A stretch of 64,000 nucleotides of DNA from Flectonema sp. DT1601. Taxonomy: Eukaryota. A program made the translations under genes and the position numbers. This document shows positions 11,096 through 21,441 of this stretch, piece by piece. Location of the stretch: contig OZ025801.1 of the NCBI GenBank assembly GCA_964019425.1, positions 992,001 to 1,056,000 on the forward strand, read 5' to 3'. The first letter of the stretch is position 1; the number at the start of each line of letters is the position of its first letter. The notes beneath the pieces were generated by a model that ran no database searches, had not been told where the DNA came from, and worked only from the letters and a program-made list of their open reading frames with translations.

Positions 11096-12586
11096 ATGTT
11101 TGCCGTAACCTTTAGAAGATATTACTGTGTTGCGATTCCTTCATGGGTGGCAGACTTTACGAGAGATGCCGGAGGTGTAGTGTCAAAAACAGCGACTGCA
11201 TACCAGTTCAGGGGATGGGAAGGAGCAGATGCAGAGACGAAAGTAAAATTAGCAAAGGGAGAATTAAGTAAAAAATATCACAAAATATTAGTCAAAGATC
11301 CAATCAGCTTTTGTACACCACTAGATAATCCTGTAGAAAGTACTCCAGAGATGGACTGTTCACTGTGGTGGGATGCTGAGGATGATACGCAACGACTGTA
11401 CTTACAGCTGGGTCCACAATTTCCTCCTTTGCTGTGGTTTCCTATTAAACCAAGTAGTAGTACTGTGTCAAGAATATTTGATGACTTCGAACAAAATAAT
11501 ACCAAGTACCTTGAAAGTGCAACTCCCCACTACGAAGCTTACCTTTCATCAGGCAGTCTTGCCCTTGAGAGTAGTGAGCTTAAGGACAGTATTACACCAC
11601 AGATTTCATCTCATTCGACTTCACCACAGTCGACTACGACTGTTAGTAGCAATCAAATTGTGTCTTGGGCTGCTCCTGGTGAGGTTGGAGATTTATACCG
11701 AAGAACCGCAGGACTTCTCTCTTCGTTAACTATAAAACGAGAATATGAAAATAACATCTGGTATCACCTCGGGTCAACTGTTTCTCCAGAAGAAGTAGAG
11801 TCAAAAATGAATAAGAATTCATTCTTATTCACAAGATACCCGATGACTGTCATTAGTGGTGAGCAACGAACCAAACCAGGACCAAGACCAGTACTCTGCA
11901 CTACCTACAGAACTATTTTTTCAAAATCTATTATAATGTTTACTACAAGAGACGACGAGCCACACATAAACGTCACTGTGAGCAATAAGAAATATGATGA
12001 AGAGAGTGGTCTGTATTGCTGCGTCGATCATCCGTCTTCTGTGAGAATGAGCGGAGGTGCTGCAGTTGTAGAACGCTTCAATAGGGAATTCGGTACCGAT
12101 TATCCCATAACAACTCCTGTGGATGTATTGGGTGCTCTCGCTCTATTTAGATCAAAAGCTCTATCTCAAATTGAAAAAGAATACAATGTCGTTGCAGGGA
12201 CGTTCTTCGGTGGTACCAAAGACGCCGTTGCAGAGGTGGCTAGACGTCAGCAGCTGACTCTCCCGGAGGAAGATCAAAAATATTTAAATGACTTAAAGAC
12301 ACTCGCGCACTCTTCTGATTCAGCCATAGCTGATGATGCCTCTCATCCGGTGAACTCTCAGGTGTTGCAATACATAAGAAGACTTGCAATTATGAAATAT
12401 CCTGATTTTGAGCAGAAGTGTTTTCTTCCATTCTGGAACTTACCATCAAAACACATTAGGGTTAAGGTTCATGAAGCTTGTTGTATAGCAGGAAGACCAG
12501 ATTTAGCAGATTTACTACTCTCTAGAGAGAGTGATGAGTACGTTGTGAAACAAATCGCCTTCACAGAAGGTAAAATCATGAAATAG
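11096..12586 (+). CDS. Hypothetical protein, possible mitochondrial presequence
   Basis: 496-aa ORF, N-terminus MFAVTFRRYY, upstream pyrimidine-rich TCTCTCTCACAG acceptor. Confidence 0.75.
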   Translation: MFAVTFRRYYCVAIPSWVADFTRDAGGVVSKTATAYQFRGWEGADAETKVKLAKGELSKKYHKILVKDPISFCTPLDNPVESTPEMDCSLWWDAEDDTQRLYLQLGPQFPPLLWFPIKPSSSTVSRIFDDFEQNNTKYLESATPHYEAYLSSGSLALESSELKDSITPQISSHSTSPQSTTTVSSNQIVSWAAPGEVGDLYRRTAGLLSSLTIKREYENNIWYHLGSTVSPEEVESKMNKNSFLFTRYPMTVISGEQRTKPGPRPVLCTTYRTIFSKSIIMFTTRDDEPHINVTVSNKKYDEESGLYCCVDHPSSVRMSGGAAVVERFNREFGTDYPITTPVDVLGALALFRSKALSQIEKEYNVVAGTFFGGTKDAVAEVARRQQLTLPEEDQKYLNDLKTLAHSSDSAIADDASHPVNSQVLQYIRRLAIMKYPDFEQKCFLPFWNLPSKHIRVKVHEACCIAGRPDLADLLLSRESDEYVVKQIAFTEGKIMK

Positions 12587-12730
12587 TTACTGCTCTGTTA
12601 ATGATCATACTTTGCCACTGTGCAATCCAATTTCAGAACTGTTGTTTTCTGAGAGGCCAACGGAACGATAGTTTTGTAGCTGAATAAAACTTTTTCTTTT
12701 TGCATCACAGAAACAAATAGAAGTTTAAAC

Positions 12731-15100
12731 ATGGGAAGTGCTTGCTCAAGCGAACCGGCAAAGACAGAACAGAAGAAGCCAGCTAAGGAGCAGAAGAAAC
12801 CAGATGGAGGTAAACCAAAACCTGACACCAAACCTGAAAAAGAAACGAAGCCGGACAAGACGCCTGATGAGGTTAAGCCAACACCGGAACCAACACCGGA
12901 TCCAAAACCTGAAGAGGAAAAGAAACCTGAACCTAAACCTGAACCTGAAAAGGAAAAACCAGATCCAAAACCAGTAGAAGATGGAGGCAATGATTCAAAG
13001 CCAATTCCAGACACAGTTCCTGATGAGAAACCATCAACTAATGTTCCCGTGGTAGTTACTCGAACTGATATTAGAAAGATGTCATCAGATGATGTTGATC
13101 GTTTCTTTAAAGCATTTGAAAAGACGATGGAAAACAAATCTGGCCCAGGTACCAGTGAGTTCTTTCGAATTGCGTCATACCACGGAGAACCTTCTCCATA
13201 TTACTGTCAACATGGAAGGGAGACATTCCCAGGTTGGCATAGAGTCTATTTACTTGAGTTTGAGAAAGCTCTACAAGTAGCTGACAAGTCACTTGGTAAT
13301 GATGGGAATATTTCATTACCATATTGGGATTGGGGGAATCAATCTGAATTATCAAACGGATTACCTGACATCGTAAGAGAGCGTCACACGGGATGGCCAG
13401 CAGACTTTTGGCCAACAGAACTCCGAAGCAACTCGATGACTTCATCACTTCGCAGAGCTCCAAATTCAAACATAGCGAATCAACTGAGATCGTGGGAGTT
13501 ACCGGAACAAGCAAAGCAATGCATGCTAGCAACAGAACATTGGGCTTTCGCATCAACTCGTTGGCCAGGAACATACCCTTCAGTTGAAGTACCTCACAAC
13601 TCAATTCATGTTATAGTCGGTGGTAGTAGAGGTAACATGGGTAGTGTTGCTTGGGCTGCGTATGACATCGCATTCTGGCTTCATCATTGCAACGTTGATC
13701 GTCTTTACGAAGTGTACTTGGGATTAGAACCTGACTCACATGATGAGTTCAGAAACTTTCAACAAACTCAACCTCAGAATCGTTTTAATGATCAATTCGA
13801 ACCTTTCAGAAAGAGTGATGGGTCGGCATACTTCCCAACTGATACTTTCAAAACTAAAGATCTTGGATACGTTTACTCTGAGTTACCACCAGTACCAGAT
13901 ACCCAACTGTTGAGAGAAGCACCAACTGTATTGTTGTTTGCTGATGTGAATATCGCAAAGTTTGAATCGAAATGTTACCAAATTCATGTTTTTGTTGTGG
14001 ACAAAGACCAACCTTGGACAGAACTAAAAACCGAGTCGGACCTTGACTACGACAGCAAGAACTATGCTGGAGGACAAGGTGTATTTGGTAGAGGAAGTGA
14101 GTGTGATAATTGTGTGACCCGTCCACCTACTGATATCATAATCGATATTTCTGAGACAATGCGAAGACTGGGGTTAACGAGAACAACCGCATCTGCTAAG
14201 ATCTACATCGTTGAAACTACAACAGAAACTACCGACCTGTTATCTGTTGCTGACACAGAATTACCACAGCCTTTGATAACAGGACCTTTATTCGACATCC
14301 CTTCTGATGCCGTAGTCAGTAAAGAAAGTCAATTGTCTCCAGACTCTGTAAAATCACTACAACTGTTTCTAAAGAAACATGGCTACTATGAAACAGATTT
14401 AGACGGTGATTTCGGACAAAACACACACCAAGCTATTGTCGACTTCCAAGAGGCTGCCGGGATTGCAGCAGACGGTCTCGCAGGACCAATCACGAGAACC
14501 AAAATGACTAATAAAAGATGTCAAAACATCGACGGCTTTGCGAAGAATGACGTAACCGATTCGAGTTGTCGTAAGGAGAATTTCGACTACCAAAATAAGA
14601 AAGTTTTAAAGTACTTTATTAGTACTCAGCCGGGATACCTCACCAGGGATGATGCTGTTGGTGCTATTCAGAAGGCGTGTGAAAACTACAATGGAGTTGC
14701 AGGGCTGAAGTTGGAAATGACTGAAGCAAAATCCGAAGCTGACATAACTTTTTGTTGGAAAATGTTTGAGGCGAGCGGACATATTTTCAGATTTGATGGA
14801 AACGGAGGAGTACTTGGACGGGGAACTGCTGGATTGGTTGAGTTTGATGCGGCAGAGAGATGGGTAACTGGAAATGACGCCTCAAAGATATCAAACCTCC
14901 ACGATAAGAAAACATGGTTCCGTGGTATCCCTTCTATTTCTCTGTACCACACTGCTCTTCATGAACTTGGACACACTCTTGGAATGGAACATTCTTCCAA
15001 CCCATCAAACGTTATGTCTCCATTTTACAATCCTTCTTTATCAGTGTTGTCTGATGGTGATAAGGCTACCCTTGTTAAACTTTGGGGTCCTGCTGAGTAA
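12731..15100 (+). CDS. Tyrosinase + peptidoglycan-binding-like + matrixin (M10 metalloprotease) fusion protein
   Basis: 789 aa. MGSACSS acylation motif and K/P/E-rich linker. CuA (YHG...HGRETFPGWHR), LPYWDW, CuB (HNSIH...FWLHHCNVDR), CDNC. PG-binding-like LQLFLKKHGYY...DGDFG...DGLAGP. Metzincin HELGHTLGMEH with Met-turn VMSPFY. Confidence 0.92.
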   Translation: MGSACSSEPAKTEQKKPAKEQKKPDGGKPKPDTKPEKETKPDKTPDEVKPTPEPTPDPKPEEEKKPEPKPEPEKEKPDPKPVEDGGNDSKPIPDTVPDEKPSTNVPVVVTRTDIRKMSSDDVDRFFKAFEKTMENKSGPGTSEFFRIASYHGEPSPYYCQHGRETFPGWHRVYLLEFEKALQVADKSLGNDGNISLPYWDWGNQSELSNGLPDIVRERHTGWPADFWPTELRSNSMTSSLRRAPNSNIANQLRSWELPEQAKQCMLATEHWAFASTRWPGTYPSVEVPHNSIHVIVGGSRGNMGSVAWAAYDIAFWLHHCNVDRLYEVYLGLEPDSHDEFRNFQQTQPQNRFNDQFEPFRKSDGSAYFPTDTFKTKDLGYVYSELPPVPDTQLLREAPTVLLFADVNIAKFESKCYQIHVFVVDKDQPWTELKTESDLDYDSKNYAGGQGVFGRGSECDNCVTRPPTDIIIDISETMRRLGLTRTTASAKIYIVETTTETTDLLSVADTELPQPLITGPLFDIPSDAVVSKESQLSPDSVKSLQLFLKKHGYYETDLDGDFGQNTHQAIVDFQEAAGIAADGLAGPITRTKMTNKRCQNIDGFAKNDVTDSSCRKENFDYQNKKVLKYFISTQPGYLTRDDAVGAIQKACENYNGVAGLKLEMTEAKSEADITFCWKMFEASGHIFRFDGNGGVLGRGTAGLVEFDAAERWVTGNDASKISNLHDKKTWFRGIPSISLYHTALHELGHTLGMEHSSNPSNVMSPFYNPSLSVLSDGDKATLVKLWGPAE

Positions 15101-16040
15101 ATTTTCATCTTGTACGAACGATTAACATCCTTTTTCCCAATCCCCAGTTTTACTGACCTCAAGTTGTCCCTTCCCTGCACATTTCGATGTGCATGGTATT
15201 TTTAGTAATTCTAATTCCCCATTTCTCATTGTTTTAATTTGCTTGCTGAAAGTATCTATTTTTTTTTTTTTTTTTTTTCCTTGGCGGCACACACACTTTG
15301 GTACACTACCGAATTCATTGTTTTCTTTTCTTTTTTTTTTGGGTAATTTACTTATCATTTTTAGATCGCGGCATTCTGCGTTTTTTGACAAAAAACTGTG
15401 AATAAAACACTTTTATTGTTGACGCCATGGGCCATAATTACAATGGATTGGCATAATGATATAACAGGTTATAATAACGGTAAAATAAGTTTCTACCCAT
15501 TTTTTTTTTTAAATTATGACGTCGGCGTTGTACCGCTAGAGATTTCTAGTTTTTGTATTACACCTGCTTCCCAAAGATTCGGCGGCATTTTTGTTTTACT
15601 TTTTTTTTAAAATCCCATTCCTTCTTCTTTGATTAACAACTACAAATATTTTTTTCAAGTCAAAGACTTTGATGTTTAATTTTGTTTTTTTACGTTGTCA
15701 GAGTTTCACCCCCTCATCCTTTTTCCTGGGCGTGGAAAATTCTCTCGCTCAAATTCTTTAACGTTTCGGAGAAAAAAAAAAGAAAAAAAAAAAACGAACA
15801 AAACTCCTTTTTTTCAAAAAAAAAAAAAATACAATAAAAAATCTTTTCACAAAAAAAACTCCCGAAATATTGTATCTTCGACGATCGAATGTGAGTTTTT
15901 TTTAGAAATACGTATGCGGAACTAACTTTTTTTTTTTTATAATATTCAAAATAAAAAAAACCAGGAGTAATGTCTTAAAGAGAGAGGTAGCATAAATGGT
16001 TTGTCACTGGTAGCGGATTGTAAGACAAGTCTCTTCTAAA

Positions 16041-17534
16041 ATGGAGGAGTTACATAAATTACAAAAAGCCCGTCGATCAGTTTTAAAATTAATACTCCTC
16101 GACAGATGGAGAGGAAGGGTCGAAAACGTTGAATTGACAGAGAAAGAAAGCAAATTAGCTGAAAAAACGTACAACGAATCTCAAGGAATGATAGGCGTCG
16201 AAAAGATAAGTGAATGCCTAACCAAACTGGGTCAGAGATTATCAACCAGCGAGTTAAAAACAATGTTAGAAAGTGAAGGCTACGATTGTAGTATCTCAGC
16301 CTGTCTTGGACAAGAACAATGGAGATCACTTTTGCTACATTTAAAACGAAATTATGTCAGGATAGCCTCACAAGAAGATAGTGACAGCCTGGAAGCATTC
16401 ATCTCTCTTGGAGGAAGACCAAATAAAAAGGGAAGCATTGCAACGTCAAAACTTAGAAATGTAATAAATACTTTCGAACTAGATATCGACATCGACAACC
16501 TCATCAACGAACTCGATGAACAGAATGATGGAGTTGTTACATTCGAAGAGTTTACTACACTTCTACGAGGGAGATCAGTACCACCTCAGAAGAATACAAC
16601 TTACAAAGAACAGCTGAGTATTCCTGTCTGTGATCGAAGCTTTCTTGCTGTAGATCAACTTCAACAGTTTAGTGAATTATCAAAACTAGCTAGTCCTCGT
16701 AAACGAGCTATGAAAATGCATGATGCAGCTCTAACTAAATCAAATTCACTTCGTATGATCTCAGAATCTAATAAGACTAAACGAGGTCACTGTCAGAAAT
16801 ATTTTAATGACTACATCGATCCCGGCACGAAGAAGTATTTTGATCCTCCAAGAAAGCAAAGCATTCGATCATCAATATGTGGTACTGAGAATGTATTCAC
16901 ACGTCTGGGAGGAGGTCATAAATATCATCCTCATGAAGTGTTATTTAATCTTCATGGATGTCTTAATCAACTTGTCGCTCAGAAAACTAGAACTTCAAAG
17001 AGAAGAGAAGTACCCAGTGACACCAACGTATTTCAGAAAAGTAGGCAGCGGTCAAAACGGAGGAAACCTCACAAAAGGGATCTGGCAACTAAGAAAAACC
17101 CAACCAAGAAAACCCCAGCCAGAGAAGGAAAGATAATAGCAACGTACATTCATGAAAGTATACAGAGACCTTCTAGTGCTGGAGCGCAGCGTAGCACAGC
17201 ACCTTGTGTTGTAAAGAAACGACCAATGACTGCTCCAATGACTCGCGGTGGAATGAGTCATATTCATCTGGTTAATGCTTTACGTGATGCTCGTAAGACT
17301 TTTCTCACGTCACCTGATGAAGACTCTGAAGAAGACTTGCTACCTCCTCCGCGATGCACACCTGCTGCTGTTGTTGGCGCTCTTATCTCTGCTGTTGCTG
17401 CGAAACTAAAAATACCGAATGTGAAGTATCCAACTTTATTTGATTTGGGAATACCTTCGGGGTATCGAAATCCTCCAAAAGACCTGTCAGCCATCTTACC
17501 TCCACGACGGCGGGGGAATCACATTATTTCTTAA
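16041..17534 (+). CDS. EF-hand-containing protein with basic disordered tail
   Basis: 497 aa. EAFISLGG...GSI and ELDEQNDGVVTFEEF form a calmodulin-like EF-hand pair. Confidence 0.8.
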   Translation: MEELHKLQKARRSVLKLILLDRWRGRVENVELTEKESKLAEKTYNESQGMIGVEKISECLTKLGQRLSTSELKTMLESEGYDCSISACLGQEQWRSLLLHLKRNYVRIASQEDSDSLEAFISLGGRPNKKGSIATSKLRNVINTFELDIDIDNLINELDEQNDGVVTFEEFTTLLRGRSVPPQKNTTYKEQLSIPVCDRSFLAVDQLQQFSELSKLASPRKRAMKMHDAALTKSNSLRMISESNKTKRGHCQKYFNDYIDPGTKKYFDPPRKQSIRSSICGTENVFTRLGGGHKYHPHEVLFNLHGCLNQLVAQKTRTSKRREVPSDTNVFQKSRQRSKRRKPHKRDLATKKNPTKKTPAREGKIIATYIHESIQRPSSAGAQRSTAPCVVKKRPMTAPMTRGGMSHIHLVNALRDARKTFLTSPDEDSEEDLLPPPRCTPAAVVGALISAVAAKLKIPNVKYPTLFDLGIPSGYRNPPKDLSAILPPRRRGNHIIS

Positions 17535-17716
17535 TCTTCCTCGTCATGGAGTTCCCTCTCATATTTATCTCTTTATAAACAATCTGTTGGATTTCTATCT
17601 CACAGATTAGTTATTATAAGGTTTCTGTTCAATAGACTTATTACACGTAATGGATCACACCCGTTGTTATGTAAAAAATATGAATAATCCATTCTCTCTC
17701 CCAACAGCACTAAACC

Positions 17717-18919
17717 ATGTTAGAAATAAATGGAATACATGGTAGCAGCCCTCGACTCAACAGCTCTCTAAAACTGATAGTAGGATCGGTTACTAGATTA
17801 GAAGGACCAAGATTAATAAATGGAAAGATAAAAGTACGGTATGGATGGCAAGAGAAGGAAACTGAAATAAAAAAACCAGAACCATCTGGTGAGATATTAT
17901 GGAACACAACATTAGTATTCGATGTTACGATAAAAGACTCTGACGCAATGCGATTAGAATTGTGGGAAGGAGCGGAAATGACTGCTGAATCATCCATTGA
18001 AATCCCTCGTTCTAGTCAGCTGTCAGCATCCCGAGCCATCAACATGTCGACAAAGAAAATGGGAACCACGACGATATTCATTGATCTTAGTGTGTTAAAT
18101 AAAAATACTCCAACAAAATCACTCCTTAAAGAAAAACAACACGATTCAAGAACTGACAGTCTACAAACACCCCTCAGTTTTAATTTTGATTTCGCAGTTC
18201 AGGTACACGAGCTTCGAGCTACACAAACTGAAATATCAAAAAAACTTGAAGAGATTGAAGTGACATCTGAGAGAAATAAAAGTGAGCTTCAGAGAACGTC
18301 AAGTTCTCTACAAAAGAAGGCTCAAGATGCTTCATTTGGTCAAGAAACTGCCGTACGAAGACTACGTGATGAGATAACAACACTTGATAAGGATATAAAA
18401 GAATCTAATTGCAACCTTCACAGAGAAATTCATGAGCTCTCAGCTCAAGTAGAAGACTGGGGAAAACGAACCCTTTGCGTCAGCGGAAAGATTGGTTTCC
18501 TTGAAACAGAACTTGGACGAACCATCGGTAAAACAAAAAATACAAGTTCTTCCTCTGCTATTAAATTTGATGGTTTCTTCGCTCTTGGAATCCTTCTTCC
18601 GTATGTTGTTAAAGGAGCTTATGCTCCTTTGTACTTAGTGTGGGAAACATTAATGTATCTTAGCGTTGTTAGATGGCTTCTTGTTTTTATTGGAAGTGCT
18701 GCTCCTGAGATACGAACTGATCAACACGTTGAAACGAGAGAAAAAGAACTCAGTAAACCTGAAGAGAATCAGGTATCACCTGGAGATCAGCCAGTCTTAC
18801 CACTGGACCAGATGTCTGACATTGATGAAAAACCTCCTTGTCCGATATACTGCTTGTTAGATGACCTCGATAAACATTGTGGACTACGTCCGTTGTGCAA
18901 TGGCAGTCTCTCTGACTAA
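17717..18919 (+). CDS. C2-like domain, coiled-coil and transmembrane protein
   Basis: 400 aa. N-terminal beta-rich segment (ILWNTTLVF...LELWE), heptad-rich middle, hydrophobic C-terminal segments. Confidence 0.7.
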   Translation: MLEINGIHGSSPRLNSSLKLIVGSVTRLEGPRLINGKIKVRYGWQEKETEIKKPEPSGEILWNTTLVFDVTIKDSDAMRLELWEGAEMTAESSIEIPRSSQLSASRAINMSTKKMGTTTIFIDLSVLNKNTPTKSLLKEKQHDSRTDSLQTPLSFNFDFAVQVHELRATQTEISKKLEEIEVTSERNKSELQRTSSSLQKKAQDASFGQETAVRRLRDEITTLDKDIKESNCNLHREIHELSAQVEDWGKRTLCVSGKIGFLETELGRTIGKTKNTSSSSAIKFDGFFALGILLPYVVKGAYAPLYLVWETLMYLSVVRWLLVFIGSAAPEIRTDQHVETREKELSKPEENQVSPGDQPVLPLDQMSDIDEKPPCPIYCLLDDLDKHCGLRPLCNGSLSD

Positions 18920-20242
18920 CTGCTTTAATGTGATTTGAATTATGATATTGCACTAGTTTTCTATTTTTTTCTTTTTCTGCGGTTTTCTTGCTTCAGAGAA
19001 TCCCCCAAAAATACCTTCGAAGTATACGTGTGGTAAGTTTATGTTTTAAATGGTATAAGCATGCTTCCTTAACAACAAAAAAAAAAAAAAAAAAGAAGGT
19101 CTGGCTTATTATTGTTATAGAAACAGTTGGCTACTAATGGTATCGAAGGTAATGATATTATTATACTAATTTTATGTATTCCAAATAGTAAAGAAATTAA
19201 AAAAAAAAAAAAAATGTAAAAACTTTAGCACTTGGAAAACCTTGTGCCTTACGACTTCTTTTTGTTCAGTCTTTTTTTTATTGTTTTATTTTCCCCTCTC
19301 TCTGGGATCGCCGATGCGTTTCAGTGTCAAAGGTGATGTCTGTGTAGATATAATAAATACTCGTAGGCGTTGGCTTATATCACTTCCCACGGGTATTGGA
19401 GTGGTGGTCTGTTATTTATTTCTTTCTTTCTTTATTATCAATTTACCCCTTTTTTTGCAAATGCGATGAAAGTGATTTTGTGCACACTCCTCCTCCTAGC
19501 TGCCTATTTGTGCACAGACGTATGAACATCTGGAGAATAGCTTCGTTGTTTGCCCTTGAATCGCTTTCCTGTTGCTGATGGGCTTTAATGGCATATTTTG
19601 TTTTAATTTTTTGTGGTATACTGAGGCATTCTCTGATAAGGGTTTTACCCTGAACCTCTTTAAGGTTTCTATTTGGTCAGTAATGTTATCTTTATTATAC
19701 TTAAATGTGTGCTCTGTGTGTATATTAAACCAACTGGCTTATCCTTGTGGGTGAACCTCTTACTTCTAAATTACGGCATCGTAGACTGGCATCCAGTTCA
19801 ATTCTTGCAAAAGTTCTTGAAAAGCCCTGAACTGCTTCATTTCTGAAGCCGAATTAAGGCATTAGAGTGAAAGTAGCTCAGACAAGCATGCAGGCTGGTC
19901 ATCATAAGACTTACCTGATGGATGTTGGAGGGGTGTGGTTTTGCTAAGAAGTAAGAAATTCTCTGCTCATAATTCCTTTTTCCCTATCGTTCCTGTTACG
20001 GTTATTTTATTGTTATTTTTTTAACTTAGAGAACTGCCTTTTTTGTGCAATTGTACAAGAATATCTGAACTTGACATTTAAAAAAAAAAAAAAAACCTAC
20101 TTTTTAACAGCACCAGCAACCTATATGTAATATGATCGCCTTACTATGTTGCTTTACTCGACTTTAAAAAAAAAAAAAGGGTAGGATTGAAAGTTTTTTA
20201 GCTATTTCATTTTACAGAAAGTATTCCTTTCGATGTGCTGTG

Positions 20243-21271
20243 ATGCTACGAAGCACTCGTCTGGCGCTTAAGAAATGGACAACTTCAGGAAGCATAGCCC
20301 ACTCTGCATATACCGACTCACTAAATTTAGCATGGAGAAGTAAAGCATCTCATGAACAGAAGGTCACAAGAATGAGATATGAGTTCGATAGGATACGTTT
20401 GGAACACGTAGCTGACAAGTATAGCTACGAATTACTGGTTTATTACGTTGGTGTGAAGTGCCAACAATACAAAAGTGCTGCTAGCTGTGTCCAAGAAGCC
20501 TCTTTACTTAATATCGATGTTACAAATGACATGATCAAATCACTTTGGCAAAGCGCAATTATCTCAGCGAGAAATAGTGATGAGTGCACGTCGTTTATTG
20601 ATGACTGTTGGAGCACTCTGGTTACGTCTGGTTTAGACGTCACTCCGACATTCGCAGAGCAATTACTATTCTGTTTGCATGAACAAAGGGCATCCGAAAA
20701 TACAATAATCTCGGTGTTTAAAGCTTTCCTTCATTTGGGAATATTCGACGATTGTCTAGGCACTGCCGGTATTATCGCTATTACGACATTGTGTTCTACT
20801 GCTGGAATCAATTGGTATCTTAAATGGATTAAAAAAAATGAAATTTATGCTAGCTCCAGAATAGTACAATTGGGACTACAAGCTGCTGGTAGAGCAGGCG
20901 ATACGTCTTTAATTGATCATTTCTTTTATGACCTGCTTCCTAAAACTGGGTCTGGTCAACAATTAAGCATCCATCATTACACGTGGTTGTTTTCTGCTTA
21001 TGCTGCGGCCTCGTCTCTCCTAGGATGTTTCTCGGTATTGAATACTGTTCGTCGAGTATCTCTTCCATTTCCTATTCACACATGTATAAGATGGATAAAT
21101 TGTATTCCTCCTAATGATAATGATGCTATTCGCCTTATGACTGAAGTAGCAGACTACTGTCGCAGCAAACATGGTGATGAAGTAAACGGCAGACTCAATG
21201 AAACCATCGCATACAGAAGTCGGATGGTGTTACCGACAAAATGGAGTTTTGCGAAGCAAGATAGTTCCTAA
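20243..21271 (+). CDS. Helical-repeat (PPR-like) protein, probably mitochondrial
   Basis: Presequence-like MLRSTRLALKK. PPR-like segments (LGLQAAGRAGD; HHYTWLFSAYAAA). ATG is at 20243. Confidence 0.6.
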   Translation: MLRSTRLALKKWTTSGSIAHSAYTDSLNLAWRSKASHEQKVTRMRYEFDRIRLEHVADKYSYELLVYYVGVKCQQYKSAASCVQEASLLNIDVTNDMIKSLWQSAIISARNSDECTSFIDDCWSTLVTSGLDVTPTFAEQLLFCLHEQRASENTIISVFKAFLHLGIFDDCLGTAGIIAITTLCSTAGINWYLKWIKKNEIYASSRIVQLGLQAAGRAGDTSLIDHFFYDLLPKTGSGQQLSIHHYTWLFSAYAAASSLLGCFSVLNTVRRVSLPFPIHTCIRWINCIPPNDNDAIRLMTEVADYCRSKHGDEVNGRLNETIAYRSRMVLPTKWSFAKQDSS

Positions 21272-21441
21272 TAACATCCGCAGAAGGTTTTAACAAAACG
21301 TTCTTTTTTTTTTTGTAGATTATCAACAATGCGGACATAGCTAATGCTGCCGTAAAAGTAATTGAGGGATTTCTCTATTTTTTTAATATCAAAAATTTTC
21401 TTTTTATAACAGGCGACTGCATCACCCCCCGACACTTTACA

